The translations under genes were made by a program, and so were the position numbers. Shown piece by piece: positions 37,808-48,788 of a stretch of DNA of 64,000 bases. Under the pieces are notes generated by a model, which was given only the letters and a program-made list of their open reading frames with translations, was not told the DNA's origin and made no database searches. The DNA comes from Hyphomicrobiaceae bacterium (lineage in GTDB: Bacteria > Pseudomonadota > Alphaproteobacteria > Rhizobiales > Hyphomicrobiaceae): assembly GCA_965222485.1 (NCBI GenBank), contig CBDCUC010000040.1, positions 1,534,245-1,598,244 on the forward strand. The letters run 5' to 3'. Numbering within the stretch: position 1 is the stretch's first letter; each line of letters starts with the position of its first letter.

Positions 37808-38320
37808 ATGGACCGCTTTGTCTCGACATTCACAAACAAGATCGATGCCAAGGGGCGGGTTTCGGTGCCGGCCTCATTCAGAGCTGTCTTGGAGCGCGAC
37901 GGTTATGGAAACGGCGGCGGTGCCGGCATCTATTGCTACCCCTCGCTCGATGCTCCGGCACTCGATGCCGGTGGCGAACGGCTCGCGCAGAAAATCGATG
38001 GGCTTTTGTCGGGCCTGCCGGATTATTCGGACGAGCGTGACGAGCTCTCTGTCGCGCTCTATGGTGACGTCCAAGTACTCGCCATCGATGGAGATGGACG
38101 CATCATCCTTCCTCAAGCACTTCGCACCCACGCCGGTCTTTCAGGCCAGGTTACGTTTGTCGGGCTTGGTGACAAGTTTCAGATGTGGGACCCGGCGGAG
38201 TTCGAACAACGGCGGACGCGCGCACGCGAGAAAGTTCGCGAGCACCGTAAGTTGTTTGGAGAAGCGCAAAGCGCCGATGCACTAAAGGCAGGCCAAAGCA
38301 GACGCGGCGGTGATGAGTGA
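37808..38320 (+). CDS. mraZ: division/cell wall cluster transcriptional regulator MraZ
   Basis: Duplicated MraZ fold: first half FTNKIDAKGRVSVP, second half LAIDGDGRIILP, each with the DxxGR motif. Confidence 0.9.
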   Translation: MDRFVSTFTNKIDAKGRVSVPASFRAVLERDGYGNGGGAGIYCYPSLDAPALDAGGERLAQKIDGLLSGLPDYSDERDELSVALYGDVQVLAIDGDGRIILPQALRTHAGLSGQVTFVGLGDKFQMWDPAEFEQRRTRAREKVREHRKLFGEAQSADALKAGQSRRGGDE

Positions 38321-39348
38321 TGAACGCACCACACACGCCGGTGCTATTAGGTCAAGTCCTGGACTGCCTGTCACCGACAGACGATGAAACATACATTGAT
38401 GCCACGTTCGGTGCTGGCGGTTATTCGCGCGCTATCCTAAATGCTGCTCGCTGCAACGTGCGCGCATTCGACCGCGATCCCAGTGCGATCGCGGCAGGCC
38501 AATCCATGTCGGAGGAATTTGATGGGAGGCTGGAGCTCGTACTTCAGCCCTTTTCGAAGCTTTACGAATTGTGCTCATCCGGCGCCGAGAAAGACGGTGA
38601 AGGTGGACGTTTCGACGGCGCGGTTTTTGATCTCGGCGTTTCGTCAATGCAGCTTGATCGGCCAGAGCGTGGTTTTTCGTTTCAGGCCGACGGGCCGCTT
38701 GATATGCGCATGTTCGTGAGCGATGGCGCAAAGGGTGACGAGGCGGGGCTCTCCGCTGCCGAGGTCGTCAATACGTTTGAACAGGACCGGTTGGCCGACA
38801 TCTTGTTCCATCTAGGCGATGAGCGTCGCTCGCGTGCAATCGCGCGCGCGATCGTAGCGCAGCGCAAGCATTCGCCGATAACGCGGACAAGCGAACTGTC
38901 AGATCTTGTTGCCCGGGTGCTGGGAGGGCGGAGAGGCGAAGCCCGCCATCCGGCGACGCGCACGTTTCAGGCGTTGCGCATGTTCGTCAATGATGAACTC
39001 GGTCAGCTAGCACGCGGGTTGGCAGGGGCGGAGCGATGTCTGAAGCCGGGAGGGCGGCTTGTTGTCGTCACGTTTCATTCCATTGAAGATCGGTTGGTAA
39101 AGCGTTTCTTCGGTGCCAGAAGCGGACATGCGCCTGGTTTGTCGCGCCATGTCCCGGAGCCGCAGGAACGAGGTCCGGAGCCAAGTTTCCGAATTGTTAA
39201 CCATCGCCCGTTAACGTCTTCGAAAGGAGAACTTGCATCCAACCCTCGCGCACGTTCCGCGCGGTTGAGATCAGCATCCAGAATCGATGCGCCCGCGTGG
39301 CCATTGGACTTGGAGGATCTTTTAGGGCGGGTGGCTGGGCTGTCGTAG
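38317..39348 (+). CDS. rsmH: 16S rRNA (cytosine1402-N4)-methyltransferase RsmH (MraW)
   Basis: HTPVLL...YIDATFGAGGYSRAIL...FDLGVSSMQLD are the RsmH SAM-binding motifs. Start overlaps the mraZ stop (ATGA). Confidence 0.9.
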   Translation: MMNAPHTPVLLGQVLDCLSPTDDETYIDATFGAGGYSRAILNAARCNVRAFDRDPSAIAAGQSMSEEFDGRLELVLQPFSKLYELCSSGAEKDGEGGRFDGAVFDLGVSSMQLDRPERGFSFQADGPLDMRMFVSDGAKGDEAGLSAAEVVNTFEQDRLADILFHLGDERRSRAIARAIVAQRKHSPITRTSELSDLVARVLGGRRGEARHPATRTFQALRMFVNDELGQLARGLAGAERCLKPGGRLVVVTFHSIEDRLVKRFFGARSGHAPGLSRHVPEPQERGPEPSFRIVNHRPLTSSKGELASNPRARSARLRSASRIDAPAWPLDLEDLLGRVAGLS

Positions 39349-39514
39349 GGCGACAACTGGGCTCGTAGACGCGTGAGAACGCATCGGCTCGGTCGGTCTG
39401 CCGTTTCAAAATGCGACGCGCCAGTGTGACGGTTAAGGCAGGCAGGTTCTACGTGGTCGGGAGTTAATGGGCAGGTTGCCCCGTGATACCGGCGCAATGT
39501 CAGGAGTTTGTGTA

Positions 39515-39826
39515 ATGCGTATGATGCTAATTGGATCAGCCTTTATGGCCATATCCAGCGCTTTTCTCCTTTACGGGCTCAATTACGAGACGCGGCTCAT
39601 TCAATCGGCCACGCATGAGCGCGAACGTTCAATCGAATCCATAAAGAACGACATCGCAGTTTTGAAAGCGGAGCGCGCCCATCTGGCTCGTCCGGACCGG
39701 ATTGCGCCGTTAGCCCGCGAATTGGGTCTTCAGCCGGTGCGCGATGCACAAATTCAAACCGGTGCCAGCAAACGTCGTGCGGACATCAGTTCAGAAATCA
39801 CGACCGGTTCTACAATCATAGATTAG
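39515..39826 (+). CDS. ftsL: cell division protein FtsL (alphaproteobacterial type)
   Basis: Short bitopic protein: TM helix LIGSAFMAISSAFLLYGL then a coiled coil IESIKNDIAVLKAERAHLARPDRI. CAGGAG lies 8 nt upstream of ATG 39515. Position between rsmH and ftsI is the expected one. Confidence 0.65.
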   Translation: MRMMLIGSAFMAISSAFLLYGLNYETRLIQSATHERERSIESIKNDIAVLKAERAHLARPDRIAPLARELGLQPVRDAQIQTGASKRRADISSEITTGSTIID

Positions 39827-39838
39827 TCACGGCCATCG

Positions 39839-41530
39839 ATGCATTTTTCGCGGACCGAAATACATGGACCGTCCGCATCGGAGTGCGGGCAACAAGCCGT
39901 CAGCCGTGCGCGGTATGCAAAACGGCTGCGTGCGCTTGGCGCCGCGTTGGCGATGACGGTCGCATTTTTCGGAGTTGCGGCTCAGCTTGTCGGGCTGGCG
40001 ATGCGCGGGCAATCGGTGATGTCCTCACATATGACTGCACCGATTGCTACGGGCTATGCGCGTCCTGACATTGTTGATCGCAACGGGCGGCTTCTAGCTG
40101 GCGATGTCGCGATGCCGTCGCTATTCGCCAATCCGTCACTTGTCGGAGATCACGACGAGCTGATTGAGAAGCTCAGAATGGTCCTGCCCGAGCTCGACCC
40201 AGATTCAATTCGTGGAAAACTAGCGGATCGCTCTCGTAAATTTGTCTGGATCAAGCGCGGCCTGTCTCCAAGCCTGGCTCAGAGAATTCACGATCTCGGT
40301 GTGCCGGGGCTACAATTCAGGAAGGAATTACGCCGCGCCTATCCCGCCGGACGGATGGCTGGTCATGTGCTGGGGCATGTGGACGTCGATAACAAGGGTT
40401 TGGCCGGTTTCGAACGATATTTGGACGAGAATAGTTTTGTCGATCCGGTTAGTTCGGCACATCTTTCATCGCGTGCACCGGTGCGCCTGTCACTTGATGT
40501 GGGGGTTCAGCACGCGCTGGAGGAGACTTTGAGCGATGCGATTGTGCGCTATCGCGCCAAGGGTGCTGGCGGTCTCATACTGGATGTTGTGAGCGGTGAA
40601 GTGATGGCGGCGGCAAGCCTGCCTGATGTCGATCCCTTGCAGCCCTTGGAGGCGCTGCAACCGTCGCGACGCGACAAGCTATTGGCCAGTACATATGAAC
40701 TGGGATCCATATTCAAGGTGCTCACTGTTGCCATGGCGCTGGACGGTGGCATCGCGAAGCTGGGTAGCATGTTAGATGTAAGCAAGCCGCTGCACTCGGG
40801 GCGTTTCACTATTAGTGATCTGCATCCGTACGGACAGCCGCTGACGGTTGCGGAGGCGTTCATTCGCTCTTCGAACATCGGCGCGGCGCTGCTTGCTAGA
40901 CAGGCCGGTGTGAAAGTGCAGAAGGCATTCTTCGAACGCATCGGACTGTTGGCGAAAATGAAGACTGAAGCCGGTGTTTTGGCGCAGGCGCAGCAACCGG
41001 ATTACTGGGATGAAACCACCGGGCTCACAGCGTCCTACGGCCATGGCGTTGCCGTTGCACCATTGCAGTTTGCGGCTGCTGCCGCGGCACTGGTCAACGG
41101 CGGGCAAGAAGTCAAGCCAACGTTCTTACGCCAGCAGCGTGCCCAGGTGAGCCGTCGGCAACTGGTGAGTGGCGATACCAGCCGACGCATTCGCAGGCTC
41201 ATGCGGCGCAACGTTATCGATCCTAGAGGCACTGGCCGACGTGCCGATGTTCCGGGTTATCGCGTTGGCGGCAAAACCGGAACGGCGGAAATAGCGCGTG
41301 CCGGGGGCTATAAGAAGAAATCGGTGATCAGTTCCTTCGTTGGTGCATTTCCCATGGATGAGCCGCGCTATCTGACGCTTGTGATGTTGTTTGAGCCAAC
41401 AGGAACGCCTGAAACCAAAGGCCACATCACGGCGGGGCTTAACGCTGCTCCGACGACGGCCAGGCTTATCAGGCGCGCAGCACCTCTGCTCGGTGTGCCG
41501 TCAAAACACCGCAATGGCACGGCCGGATAG
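39839..41530 (+). CDS. ftsI: peptidoglycan D,D-transpeptidase FtsI (PBP3)
   Basis: N-terminal TM, PBP dimerisation domain, and transpeptidase motifs S-I-F-K (GSIFK), SSN (RSSNIG) and KTGT (GKTGTAE). Confidence 0.9.
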   Translation: MHFSRTEIHGPSASECGQQAVSRARYAKRLRALGAALAMTVAFFGVAAQLVGLAMRGQSVMSSHMTAPIATGYARPDIVDRNGRLLAGDVAMPSLFANPSLVGDHDELIEKLRMVLPELDPDSIRGKLADRSRKFVWIKRGLSPSLAQRIHDLGVPGLQFRKELRRAYPAGRMAGHVLGHVDVDNKGLAGFERYLDENSFVDPVSSAHLSSRAPVRLSLDVGVQHALEETLSDAIVRYRAKGAGGLILDVVSGEVMAAASLPDVDPLQPLEALQPSRRDKLLASTYELGSIFKVLTVAMALDGGIAKLGSMLDVSKPLHSGRFTISDLHPYGQPLTVAEAFIRSSNIGAALLARQAGVKVQKAFFERIGLLAKMKTEAGVLAQAQQPDYWDETTGLTASYGHGVAVAPLQFAAAAAALVNGGQEVKPTFLRQQRAQVSRRQLVSGDTSRRIRRLMRRNVIDPRGTGRRADVPGYRVGGKTGTAEIARAGGYKKKSVISSFVGAFPMDEPRYLTLVMLFEPTGTPETKGHITAGLNAAPTTARLIRRAAPLLGVPSKHRNGTAG

Positions 41531-41690
41531 GTTGAGGGGCACAGGTTTGTGGTGGCAGCTCTTTTTTCGCGTTTGACGCTCCGGTCCCTTAGCAATAAGT
41601 AGCGGGACTTGGAGAGCCGGTTGTCAGCCAATATCGTTAAAGCCCTATCCGTTGGGCGTGTACGGGCCGGCAGCGCAGTTTTGAGGTGCC

Positions 41691-43196
41691 ATGCAGCTTC
41701 AGTCTTTGATTGACGAGCAGATCAAACTGCAGACCAATGATGATGTGGCGGCAGTTTCGGTTGCCGGGTTGACTTCAGACAGCAGGCAGGTGGGACCGGG
41801 TTTTATCTTTGCCGCGTTGGCTGGTGCAAACACGGACGGCGTGCGGTTCGTGGGCGATGCGGTTGCGCAGGGTGCGGCCGCTATATTGTGCAGTGATGAT
41901 GCGGTGCTACCCGGCGATTTTGATATTCCCGTGCTGAGATCGCGTGAGCCGCGGCAGGCGCTGGCACTTATGGCTGCCCGCTTTTACGGCAGGCAACCGC
42001 AAACGGCCGTGGCTGTCACCGGAACCAGCGGCAAGACATCTGTTGTCGAGTTCACGCGCCAGATTTATGCAAGTTTGGGTAGGCGGGCCGCATCGCTTGG
42101 CACGATCGGATTGGTTAAACCCGATGGAGGGATTTACGGATCCCTGACGACACCCGATCCCGTCAGCTTGCATGAGTCGCTTGCCGATCTTGCAGACGAT
42201 GGTGTCACGCACATCGCGTTCGAAGCGTCATCGCACGGGCTTGACCAGTATCGTCTGGATGGTGTGCGGTTGACGGCCGGGGCCTTCACGAACCTTGGCC
42301 GTGATCACATGGACTATCACGCAACGGTTGAGAACTATTTCGCCGCCAAGATGAGGCTCTTTCTTGAACTTCTAAAACCAGGCCAGACCGCTGTCATTGA
42401 TATGGATGACACGCGTAGCACGCAGGTGAAGGAGGTGGCTAAACATCTTGACGTTATTACTGTCGGTAACAGTGGTGAAACCTTGCGACTGGTATCGGTG
42501 CACCGCGATGGGTTCCGTCAAAAGCTCGAAATAGAACACGAAGGGTGCAGTCATTCGGTGATGTTACCGTTGATCGGTGCCTACCAAGTGTCGAATGCAC
42601 TTGTGGCTGCAGGATTGGCAATCGCGACCGGTGAAGTGCCGCGCGACGTGTTTGCGGCGTTGGAGACGCTTCAAGGCGTGAAAGGGCGGCTGGATATCGT
42701 TGGCGAGGCGAAGGGTGGCCTTGCCGTCGTCGACTATGCGCACAAACCGGAAGCATTGGCCGCAGCGCTTGACGCCTTGCGTCCGTTTGTTAGCGGAAAA
42801 CTCATTTGCGTTGTCGGATGCGGTGGCGACAGGGACAAAGGCAAGCGGCCTATCATGGGGCAGATCGCGGTGGACAAATCGGATGTGGTATTTGTGACCG
42901 ACGACAACCCGCGCAGTGAAGATGCCACGCTTATAAGGCTGGATATACTTTCTGGCGCGCTACCGGTTGCGGCTCAGAAGAGCGGCGGCCGTGATGTGGT
43001 GCGCGAGGTCGGCGACCGTGCCGCGGCGATCACCGAGGCCGTAGAGATGATGGGTGAAGGTGACGTTGTGCTGGTGGCGGGAAAGGGACACGAAACCGGT
43101 CAGATCATCCAAGATCGAGTCCTTCCCTTCAGCGATCATGAAGAAATACTTCGTGCGCTCGAACACGTGTCTCCCGCCGCGCAAGGAAGTAAGTGA
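41691..43196 (+). CDS. murE: UDP-N-acetylmuramoyl-L-alanyl-D-glutamate--2,6-diaminopimelate ligase
   Basis: Mur ligase P-loop TGTSGKTS, the DNPR-like block DDNPRSE and Mur-ligase C-terminal domain. Dcw synteny supports the call. Confidence 0.9.
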   Translation: MQLQSLIDEQIKLQTNDDVAAVSVAGLTSDSRQVGPGFIFAALAGANTDGVRFVGDAVAQGAAAILCSDDAVLPGDFDIPVLRSREPRQALALMAARFYGRQPQTAVAVTGTSGKTSVVEFTRQIYASLGRRAASLGTIGLVKPDGGIYGSLTTPDPVSLHESLADLADDGVTHIAFEASSHGLDQYRLDGVRLTAGAFTNLGRDHMDYHATVENYFAAKMRLFLELLKPGQTAVIDMDDTRSTQVKEVAKHLDVITVGNSGETLRLVSVHRDGFRQKLEIEHEGCSHSVMLPLIGAYQVSNALVAAGLAIATGEVPRDVFAALETLQGVKGRLDIVGEAKGGLAVVDYAHKPEALAAALDALRPFVSGKLICVVGCGGDRDKGKRPIMGQIAVDKSDVVFVTDDNPRSEDATLIRLDILSGALPVAAQKSGGRDVVREVGDRAAAITEAVEMMGEGDVVLVAGKGHETGQIIQDRVLPFSDHEEILRALEHVSPAAQGSK

Positions 43197-43197
43197 A

Positions 43198-44655
43198 ATG
43201 GCGAGTGCGCACGTTGGTTCCAACGCATCGGCTGCCGCAACCAGTCGGGCACCTCTGTGGTCGTGGGACGCTCTTCTTGCAGCCGTTGAGGGGCGTGCAG
43301 AGGGTGAGCCCACGTCTCACGTGACGGGTTTCTCAATCGACAGCCGCAGTAGTGGAGAGGGAGATGTTTTCGTTGCGCTCACCGACCGTCGCGACGGGCA
43401 TGAGTTTGTCAGCGATGCATTCAAGGCAGGTGCGGCGGCTGCGATCGTGAATGAAAGTTACTTGCGCCAGCCTGAAGACGGGTTGCTTGTCCGCGTTGAC
43501 GATCCTCTCAAGGCGCTGGAACGTATTGGTGTTGCAGCTCGTCAAAGGCTAAGCGACACGGCACGGGTTTTTGCGGTTACGGGCAGTGTCGGCAAAACAG
43601 GCACAAAGGAGATGCTGCGGGCCTGTTGCCGGCGCCTGGGGTCGGCGCACGCACCTGAAAAGTCGTTTAACAACCATTGGGGTGTGCCACTGACATTGGC
43701 GCGTATGCCGCAGTCTACACAGTTCGGCATTTTTGAGATCGGCATGAACCATGCTGGTGAGATTACGCCACTGACAAAGATGGTTCGGCCTCATATCGCG
43801 ATCGTAACAACGGTGGAGCCGGTGCATCTTGAGTTCTTTGCCTCAGTGGAGGCGATCGCTGACGCAAAGGCTGAGATTTTTACTGGGTTGGTTGCGGGCG
43901 GTACGGCAATTCTCAATCGGGATAATGCGCATTTCGAACGCTTGTCGGAAAAGGCGAAGCAGGCAGGCGCCCGCACTTTAAGTTTTGGCTCGGATATGCA
44001 GTCCGACGGGCGTCTATTGGAGTGTGCCCTTGCGCCTACACATAGTGATGTGACGGCAATGGTTGGTGGGCGCACGTTATCTTACTCGGTGGGTATGCCG
44101 GGGCGTCACATTGTGCAGAATTCTCTTGGCGTGATGACGGCGCTTGATGCGGCCGGTGTCGATGTGGAGCGAGCACTAGGCGGATTGGCGGAGCTGGTGC
44201 CAGCGGAAGGGCGAGGCGTGCGCCGCACACTAAGTGTGCCGGGTGGCGAAATTCTCTTGATTGATGAGAGCTACAACGCTAACCCGGCTTCCATGCGCTC
44301 TGCCCTTTTGACGTTGACACATATAGCCAGGGGTAAGTTTCCGCGACGTATAGCGGTTCTCGGGGATATGCTGGAATTGGGTGAAAAATCGCAGGCGTTG
44401 CATCAAGGTCTCAAGCAGACAATCGATGACGCCGGCGTCGATCTGTTGTTTGCATGTGGCCCAAACATGGCCTACCTCTTCAGGTCTGTAGAGGAGGAAC
44501 GCCGGGGGGCGTGGGCTGAAGCGTCTGAGGGATTGACTTCGGAGTTGGTCGATTGCGTGCGTGCCGGCGATGTCGTCGTTGTTAAGGGTTCGCTTGGCTC
44601 CGCCATGGCGCCGGTTGCGCGGGCATTGGAGGCAAAGTTTTCCAAAGTAGATTGA
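43198..44655 (+). CDS. murF: UDP-N-acetylmuramoyl-tripeptide--D-alanyl-D-alanine ligase
   Basis: P-loop TGSVGKTGTKEM. ATG 43198 follows AGGAAG and sits 2 nt after the murE stop. The track ORF start at 43054 is an upstream in-frame extension overlapping murE. Confidence 0.9.
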   Translation: MASAHVGSNASAAATSRAPLWSWDALLAAVEGRAEGEPTSHVTGFSIDSRSSGEGDVFVALTDRRDGHEFVSDAFKAGAAAAIVNESYLRQPEDGLLVRVDDPLKALERIGVAARQRLSDTARVFAVTGSVGKTGTKEMLRACCRRLGSAHAPEKSFNNHWGVPLTLARMPQSTQFGIFEIGMNHAGEITPLTKMVRPHIAIVTTVEPVHLEFFASVEAIADAKAEIFTGLVAGGTAILNRDNAHFERLSEKAKQAGARTLSFGSDMQSDGRLLECALAPTHSDVTAMVGGRTLSYSVGMPGRHIVQNSLGVMTALDAAGVDVERALGGLAELVPAEGRGVRRTLSVPGGEILLIDESYNANPASMRSALLTLTHIARGKFPRRIAVLGDMLELGEKSQALHQGLKQTIDDAGVDLLFACGPNMAYLFRSVEEERRGAWAEASEGLTSELVDCVRAGDVVVVKGSLGSAMAPVARALEAKFSKVD

Positions 44656-44838
44656 GCGTCTTTTGCCCAACCGCTAGAACCCAACTACTGCCCGGAAAGA
44701 TATCTTTTTTGGGCGCATGCCTGCAAATTAGGGGTATAGGAGGCGTGTCCATGGCGCAGCGTGGTTTGCCGATGACTGGTGAGGACGGGTGTCCTGTCAA
44801 CCATAGCTGGGCTGTTGCGGCCGGAGGGGTGCCAGTCA

Positions 44839-45921
44839 ATGCTCTATGAGTTGGTGAACTTCAGCGACCAAATCGGTCCGTTGAACGTTTTCAAATATAT
44901 TACGTTCCGGACTGGGGGGGCAATTTTTACTGCGCTCTTGTTCGTGATGCTGTTCGGCCCGGGAATTATCGATTTGTTGCGGATCAAGCAAGGCAAGGGA
45001 CAGCCGATCCGCGATGACGGTCCGCAAAGCCATCTGGCCAAAGTGGGAACGCCGACGATGGGCGGGCTCATGATTTTGCTAGGTGTCACGGTCGCCACGC
45101 TTTTGTGGAGCAATTTGTCAAATGCCTATGTGTGGGTCGTGCTCGGTGTGACCCTGGCGTTTGGTGGCATCGGTTTTTATGACGATTACCTCAAGGTGAC
45201 CAAGCGTACCTCTGACGGATTTTCCAGCCGGCTGCGGTTTATGGCGGAGTTGGCGGTGGCAGCGTTCGCTACGTATGCGATTGTGCAACTGTCTGTGCCT
45301 GAATTTGCGACCGTACTCACTTTGCCGTTTTTCAAGAACGTACTGATCGACCTCGGACCCTACTTTATTCTTTTCGGGCTTATCGTCATTGCGGGCGCGG
45401 GAAATTCGGTCAATCTGACGGATGGATTGGACGGATTGGCAATTGTGCCGGTGATGATTGCAGCCGCGACGTTCGGATTTATCGCCTATGTCAGCGGGCG
45501 TGCTGACTTTGCGCGCTATCTGCAAATTCATTACGTGCCTGGAACGGGTGAGCTTGCCATCGTTTGCGGAGCCTTGATCGGGGCGGGTCTCGGGTTCTTG
45601 TGGTTCAATGCGCCGCCGGCCATGATTTTCATGGGGGATACGGGCTCATTGGCGCTTGGCGGTGCGCTTGGATCAATAGCGGTTGCGACAAAGCATGAAA
45701 TTGTTTTGGCAATCGTTGGCGGCCTGTTCGTTCTGGAAACGCTCTCGGTGATAATCCAAGTTGTCTCGTTCAAGTTGACAGGAAAGCGGGTGTTTCGAAT
45801 GGCGCCGCTGCACCATCACTATGAACAAAAGGGGTGGAAAGAATCGACGGTTGTGGTGCGGTTCTGGATTATATCGGTTGTTCTTGCTCTTGTCGGTCTG
45901 GCAACACTGAAGTTGCGTTAA
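44839..45921 (+). CDS. mraY: phospho-N-acetylmuramoyl-pentapeptide transferase
   Basis: Ten-TM protein with the conserved MraY motifs (...[26 protein letters not shown]..., [20 protein letters not shown]). The start at MLYELVNF is chosen on MraY N-terminal conservation. Confidence 0.9.
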   Translation: MLYELVNFSDQIGPLNVFKYITFRTGGAIFTALLFVMLFGPGIIDLLRIKQGKGQPIRDDGPQSHLAKVGTPTMGGLMILLGVTVATLLWSNLSNAYVWVVLGVTLAFGGIGFYDDYLKVTKRTSDGFSSRLRFMAELAVAAFATYAIVQLSVPEFATVLTLPFFKNVLIDLGPYFILFGLIVIAGAGNSVNLTDGLDGLAIVPVMIAAATFGFIAYVSGRADFARYLQIHYVPGTGELAIVCGALIGAGLGFLWFNAPPAMIFMGDTGSLALGGALGSIAVATKHEIVLAIVGGLFVLETLSVIIQVVSFKLTGKRVFRMAPLHHHYEQKGWKESTVVVRFWIISVVLALVGLATLKLR

Positions 45922-46056
45922 CATCAGAAGCCACGTTGAGTGCAGTGGGCGGGTGGCCTTGTGCGCGTCAGGTTCTCAACTCAAACCCGCCAAGGCCGTT
46001 CGTTTTTCCAAACTCGCGCCGCCAATCGCCCTCATGACTTTGCTCGGCCTGCTATC

Positions 46057-47592
46057 ATGATTGAATTGACATGTTTTTCAGGACGCACGGTTGCCGTCTT
46101 CGGGCTCGGGGGATCCGGAATCGCCTGTCTGCGCTCGCTTGTCACAGGTGGGGCACATGTTGTGGCCTGGGACGACAATGAGGTTGCGCGCGAAAACGCC
46201 CGATCCGTCGAAGGTGTCGAGGTTACCGACCTTGCCAAAGCGGATTGGAGCAAATTCGATGCCCTGGTGTTGGCGCCGGGTGTTCCGCTAACGCATCCGG
46301 TTCCGCATTGGTCAGTAGAGCGCGCCCGCGATGCTGGCGTTGAGATTATTGGCGATGTCGAATTGTTCTTTCGTCAGCGTGCGCTTGATTGCCCCAATGC
46401 ACCAATCATTGCCATCACGGGGACCAACGGCAAATCGACGACAACGGCGCTGGTTGCGCATCTGCTCGAAGCGTTGGGGCTTGACGTTTCCATGGGAGGC
46501 AACATCGGCACGGCGATCCTTTCGCTGGATCACCCATCGCGAACATGCGTACATGTTGTGGAGCTGTCCTCTTATCAGATTGACTTGACGCCCTCGTTGT
46601 CATCGAGCGTCGGGGTGCTGCTGAACGTAAGTCCGGACCATCTTGACAGACATGGGAGTATGGAACGCTATGCCGCCGTGAAGGAGCGGTTGGTCGGCGC
46701 TGCTAAACGCGCTTGCGTTGGTGTTGACGATGCGTTGACGGGAGCAATTGCGGAACGCCTTATTGTAGATCGATCAGGCCCTGACAGCGATACCGTTTTG
46801 ACGTTCACCGTCGGCAAAGGCCGGGCCATCGTACCGAGCTTTTATGCCATTGGACGATCATTGTTTATGCATGAGCGCCAAGGCTCACACGCATCCAGCC
46901 GGCAGATCGCAACACTTGACGGTATCGGCAGTTTGCGCGGCCGCCACAATGTGCAAAACGCGCTTGCGGCGCTGGCTTGTATCAAGGCCTTGCAGGATGA
47001 GGTCGATACGCAGCACGGGCGCTCGGAATCTGACCGTATCCTCAAGGGGGCTGCGTTCTGGGACGACGAAGGATTGCAGGCGGGGCTTCGCTCGTTCCCC
47101 GGTCTTGCACACAGGATGGAAGAAGTCGGGTGGCTTGGCCGTGTTCTTTTCGTAAATGACTCAAAGGCGACAAATGCAGATTCCGCGGCCAAGGCACTGG
47201 ATGCCTGGCAAGAGGGCATATTCTGGATAGCGGGGGGACAGGCCAAGGCTGGAGGTATTGCCAGCCTAGAAGGGTATTTTGACAGGATTGAAAAGGCATA
47301 CCTAATCGGGGATGCAGCGGAAGCCTTTTCGCAATCGCTTGCTGGACGCGTTGAAAATGTGGTGTGCGGCGATCTTAAAACAGCAGTTGCGCGAGCGGCT
47401 GGAGATGCCAGTTTAAGCACTGCGTCCGAACCAGTTGTTTTGCTGTCGCCGGCGTGTGCATCCTTTGATCAATTCGCAAACTTCGAGGTGCGCGGTGAAG
47501 CTTTTCGTTCGGCGGTCGAAACACTCCGCTCAGTTGAGCAGGCAGCCGGTGAACTTACGGACCAACGCGGGGAAGGGCAAAAGGGTTCATGA
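46057..47592 (+). CDS. murD: UDP-N-acetylmuramoylalanine--D-glutamate ligase
   Basis: Rossmann-like N-domain ([13 protein letters not shown]) and P-loop TGTNGKSTT. Start at MIELTC follows MurD N-terminal conservation; the upstream extension to 45940 looks non-coding. Confidence 0.85.
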   Translation: MIELTCFSGRTVAVFGLGGSGIACLRSLVTGGAHVVAWDDNEVARENARSVEGVEVTDLAKADWSKFDALVLAPGVPLTHPVPHWSVERARDAGVEIIGDVELFFRQRALDCPNAPIIAITGTNGKSTTTALVAHLLEALGLDVSMGGNIGTAILSLDHPSRTCVHVVELSSYQIDLTPSLSSSVGVLLNVSPDHLDRHGSMERYAAVKERLVGAAKRACVGVDDALTGAIAERLIVDRSGPDSDTVLTFTVGKGRAIVPSFYAIGRSLFMHERQGSHASSRQIATLDGIGSLRGRHNVQNALAALACIKALQDEVDTQHGRSESDRILKGAAFWDDEGLQAGLRSFPGLAHRMEEVGWLGRVLFVNDSKATNADSAAKALDAWQEGIFWIAGGQAKAGGIASLEGYFDRIEKAYLIGDAAEAFSQSLAGRVENVVCGDLKTAVARAAGDASLSTASEPVVLLSPACASFDQFANFEVRGEAFRSAVETLRSVEQAAGELTDQRGEGQKGS

Positions 47593-48716
47593 CGGTATCG
47601 CGCGCCGATCGCGGCCCGCTGGCGACATGGTGGTTCACCGTCGATCATTTGCTGGTAGCGGCGGTGGGGTGCCTGGTTTTTGCAGGCCTCGTTCTATCGA
47701 TGGCTGCAAGTCCTTCGGTGGCGCTTAGCAACGGCTGGCCGACGTTCTATTTCGTGCAGCGCCATGCGGTCTTTGCTGTCGTTGGTACGGCTGTCATGAT
47801 TGCGGTGTCATTGCTGTCGCCGCGACTGGTGCGCCGGCTTGCCGCCGTGATGCTGGTCCTTTCGCTGGCCGCTATGGTGTTTGTGCTCATTGCCTCTCCG
47901 GAAATTAACGGCGCGCAACGCTGGTTGTTCGTATCGGGATATTCGTTGCAACCCTCCGAGTTTGCAAAGCCCGCCTTTATTGTTTTGCTGGCGTGGCTGT
48001 TTGCCGAGGCGGGCAGGCGTCGCGATGTGCCGGCGTTGACAATAGCTGCCGTGTTGAGTGTCACATTCGTATCGTTGCTGGTTCTGCAGCCGGACATCGG
48101 GCAAGTGGTGCTCGTGGGTGTTGCGGGCGTTGCCCTTTATGTGTTGGCCGGGCTGCCATTGATGGGAGTGGGCATTCTGGGTGCAATTGCTGTCGCAGGG
48201 TTGGCTGGCGCCTATATAACGTTTGAGCATGTCCGCAATCGATTCGAGCGATTTTTTGTGGCGTTGCCCGACAAGAACTCGCAGGAGGCGCGCGCCTACC
48301 AATCCTTCATCGAGGGTGGCTTCTTTGGCCGCGGGCCTGGTGAAGGAACAATAAAAACGCGTCTGCCTGATGCGCATACAGATTTTATTCTTGCAGTGGT
48401 GGCGGAGGAATATGGCGTGATTGCTTGCCTGTTACTCCTGATTGTTTTTGCCGCTATTGTACTGCGTGCGCTCATTCGTGCCGTCAAAGAACCTAATGAT
48501 GCAATTAGGCTGGGGATTCAGGGTCTGGCTCTGTTGTTTGGTTTGCAAGTCTTGATCAACATGGGGGTGAATGTAGGTCTGCTGCCTGCCAAGGGTATGA
48601 CATTGCCGTTTATCTCCGCTGGGGGATCTTCAATGCTTGCCATTTCCGTGACCGTGGGCATGTTGCTGGCGCTGACACGGCGCCGTGCCGGAGACGCGGC
48701 CAATACTCCGGTTTGA
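47589..48716 (+). CDS. ftsW: peptidoglycan glycosyltransferase FtsW (SEDS family)
   Basis: Polytopic membrane protein with SEDS blocks (QPSEFAKPA, ...PDAHTDFI..., [10 protein letters not shown]). Start overlaps the murD stop. Confidence 0.9.
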   Translation: MTVSRADRGPLATWWFTVDHLLVAAVGCLVFAGLVLSMAASPSVALSNGWPTFYFVQRHAVFAVVGTAVMIAVSLLSPRLVRRLAAVMLVLSLAAMVFVLIASPEINGAQRWLFVSGYSLQPSEFAKPAFIVLLAWLFAEAGRRRDVPALTIAAVLSVTFVSLLVLQPDIGQVVLVGVAGVALYVLAGLPLMGVGILGAIAVAGLAGAYITFEHVRNRFERFFVALPDKNSQEARAYQSFIEGGFFGRGPGEGTIKTRLPDAHTDFILAVVAEEYGVIACLLLLIVFAAIVLRALIRAVKEPNDAIRLGIQGLALLFGLQVLINMGVNVGLLPAKGMTLPFISAGGSSMLAISVTVGMLLALTRRRAGDAANTPV

Positions 48717-48788
48717 TATTTGTCAGTCTCCACCAGCAGTGGCTGACGCGTCTAACTCGTCACACGTTCAACAGGCAAGGAACAAAGA

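Noticed and set aside
46842-47420. 192-aa minus-strand ORF inside murD, together with similar antisense ORFs in murF, ftsW, murB-ddl, ftsA and ftsZ (e.g. 44230-44670, 47808-48377, 52267-52755, 55435-55842, 56244-56894, 57454-58047)
   Set aside because: All are antisense to conserved dcw genes with clear catalytic motifs. They are GC-rich frame artefacts.
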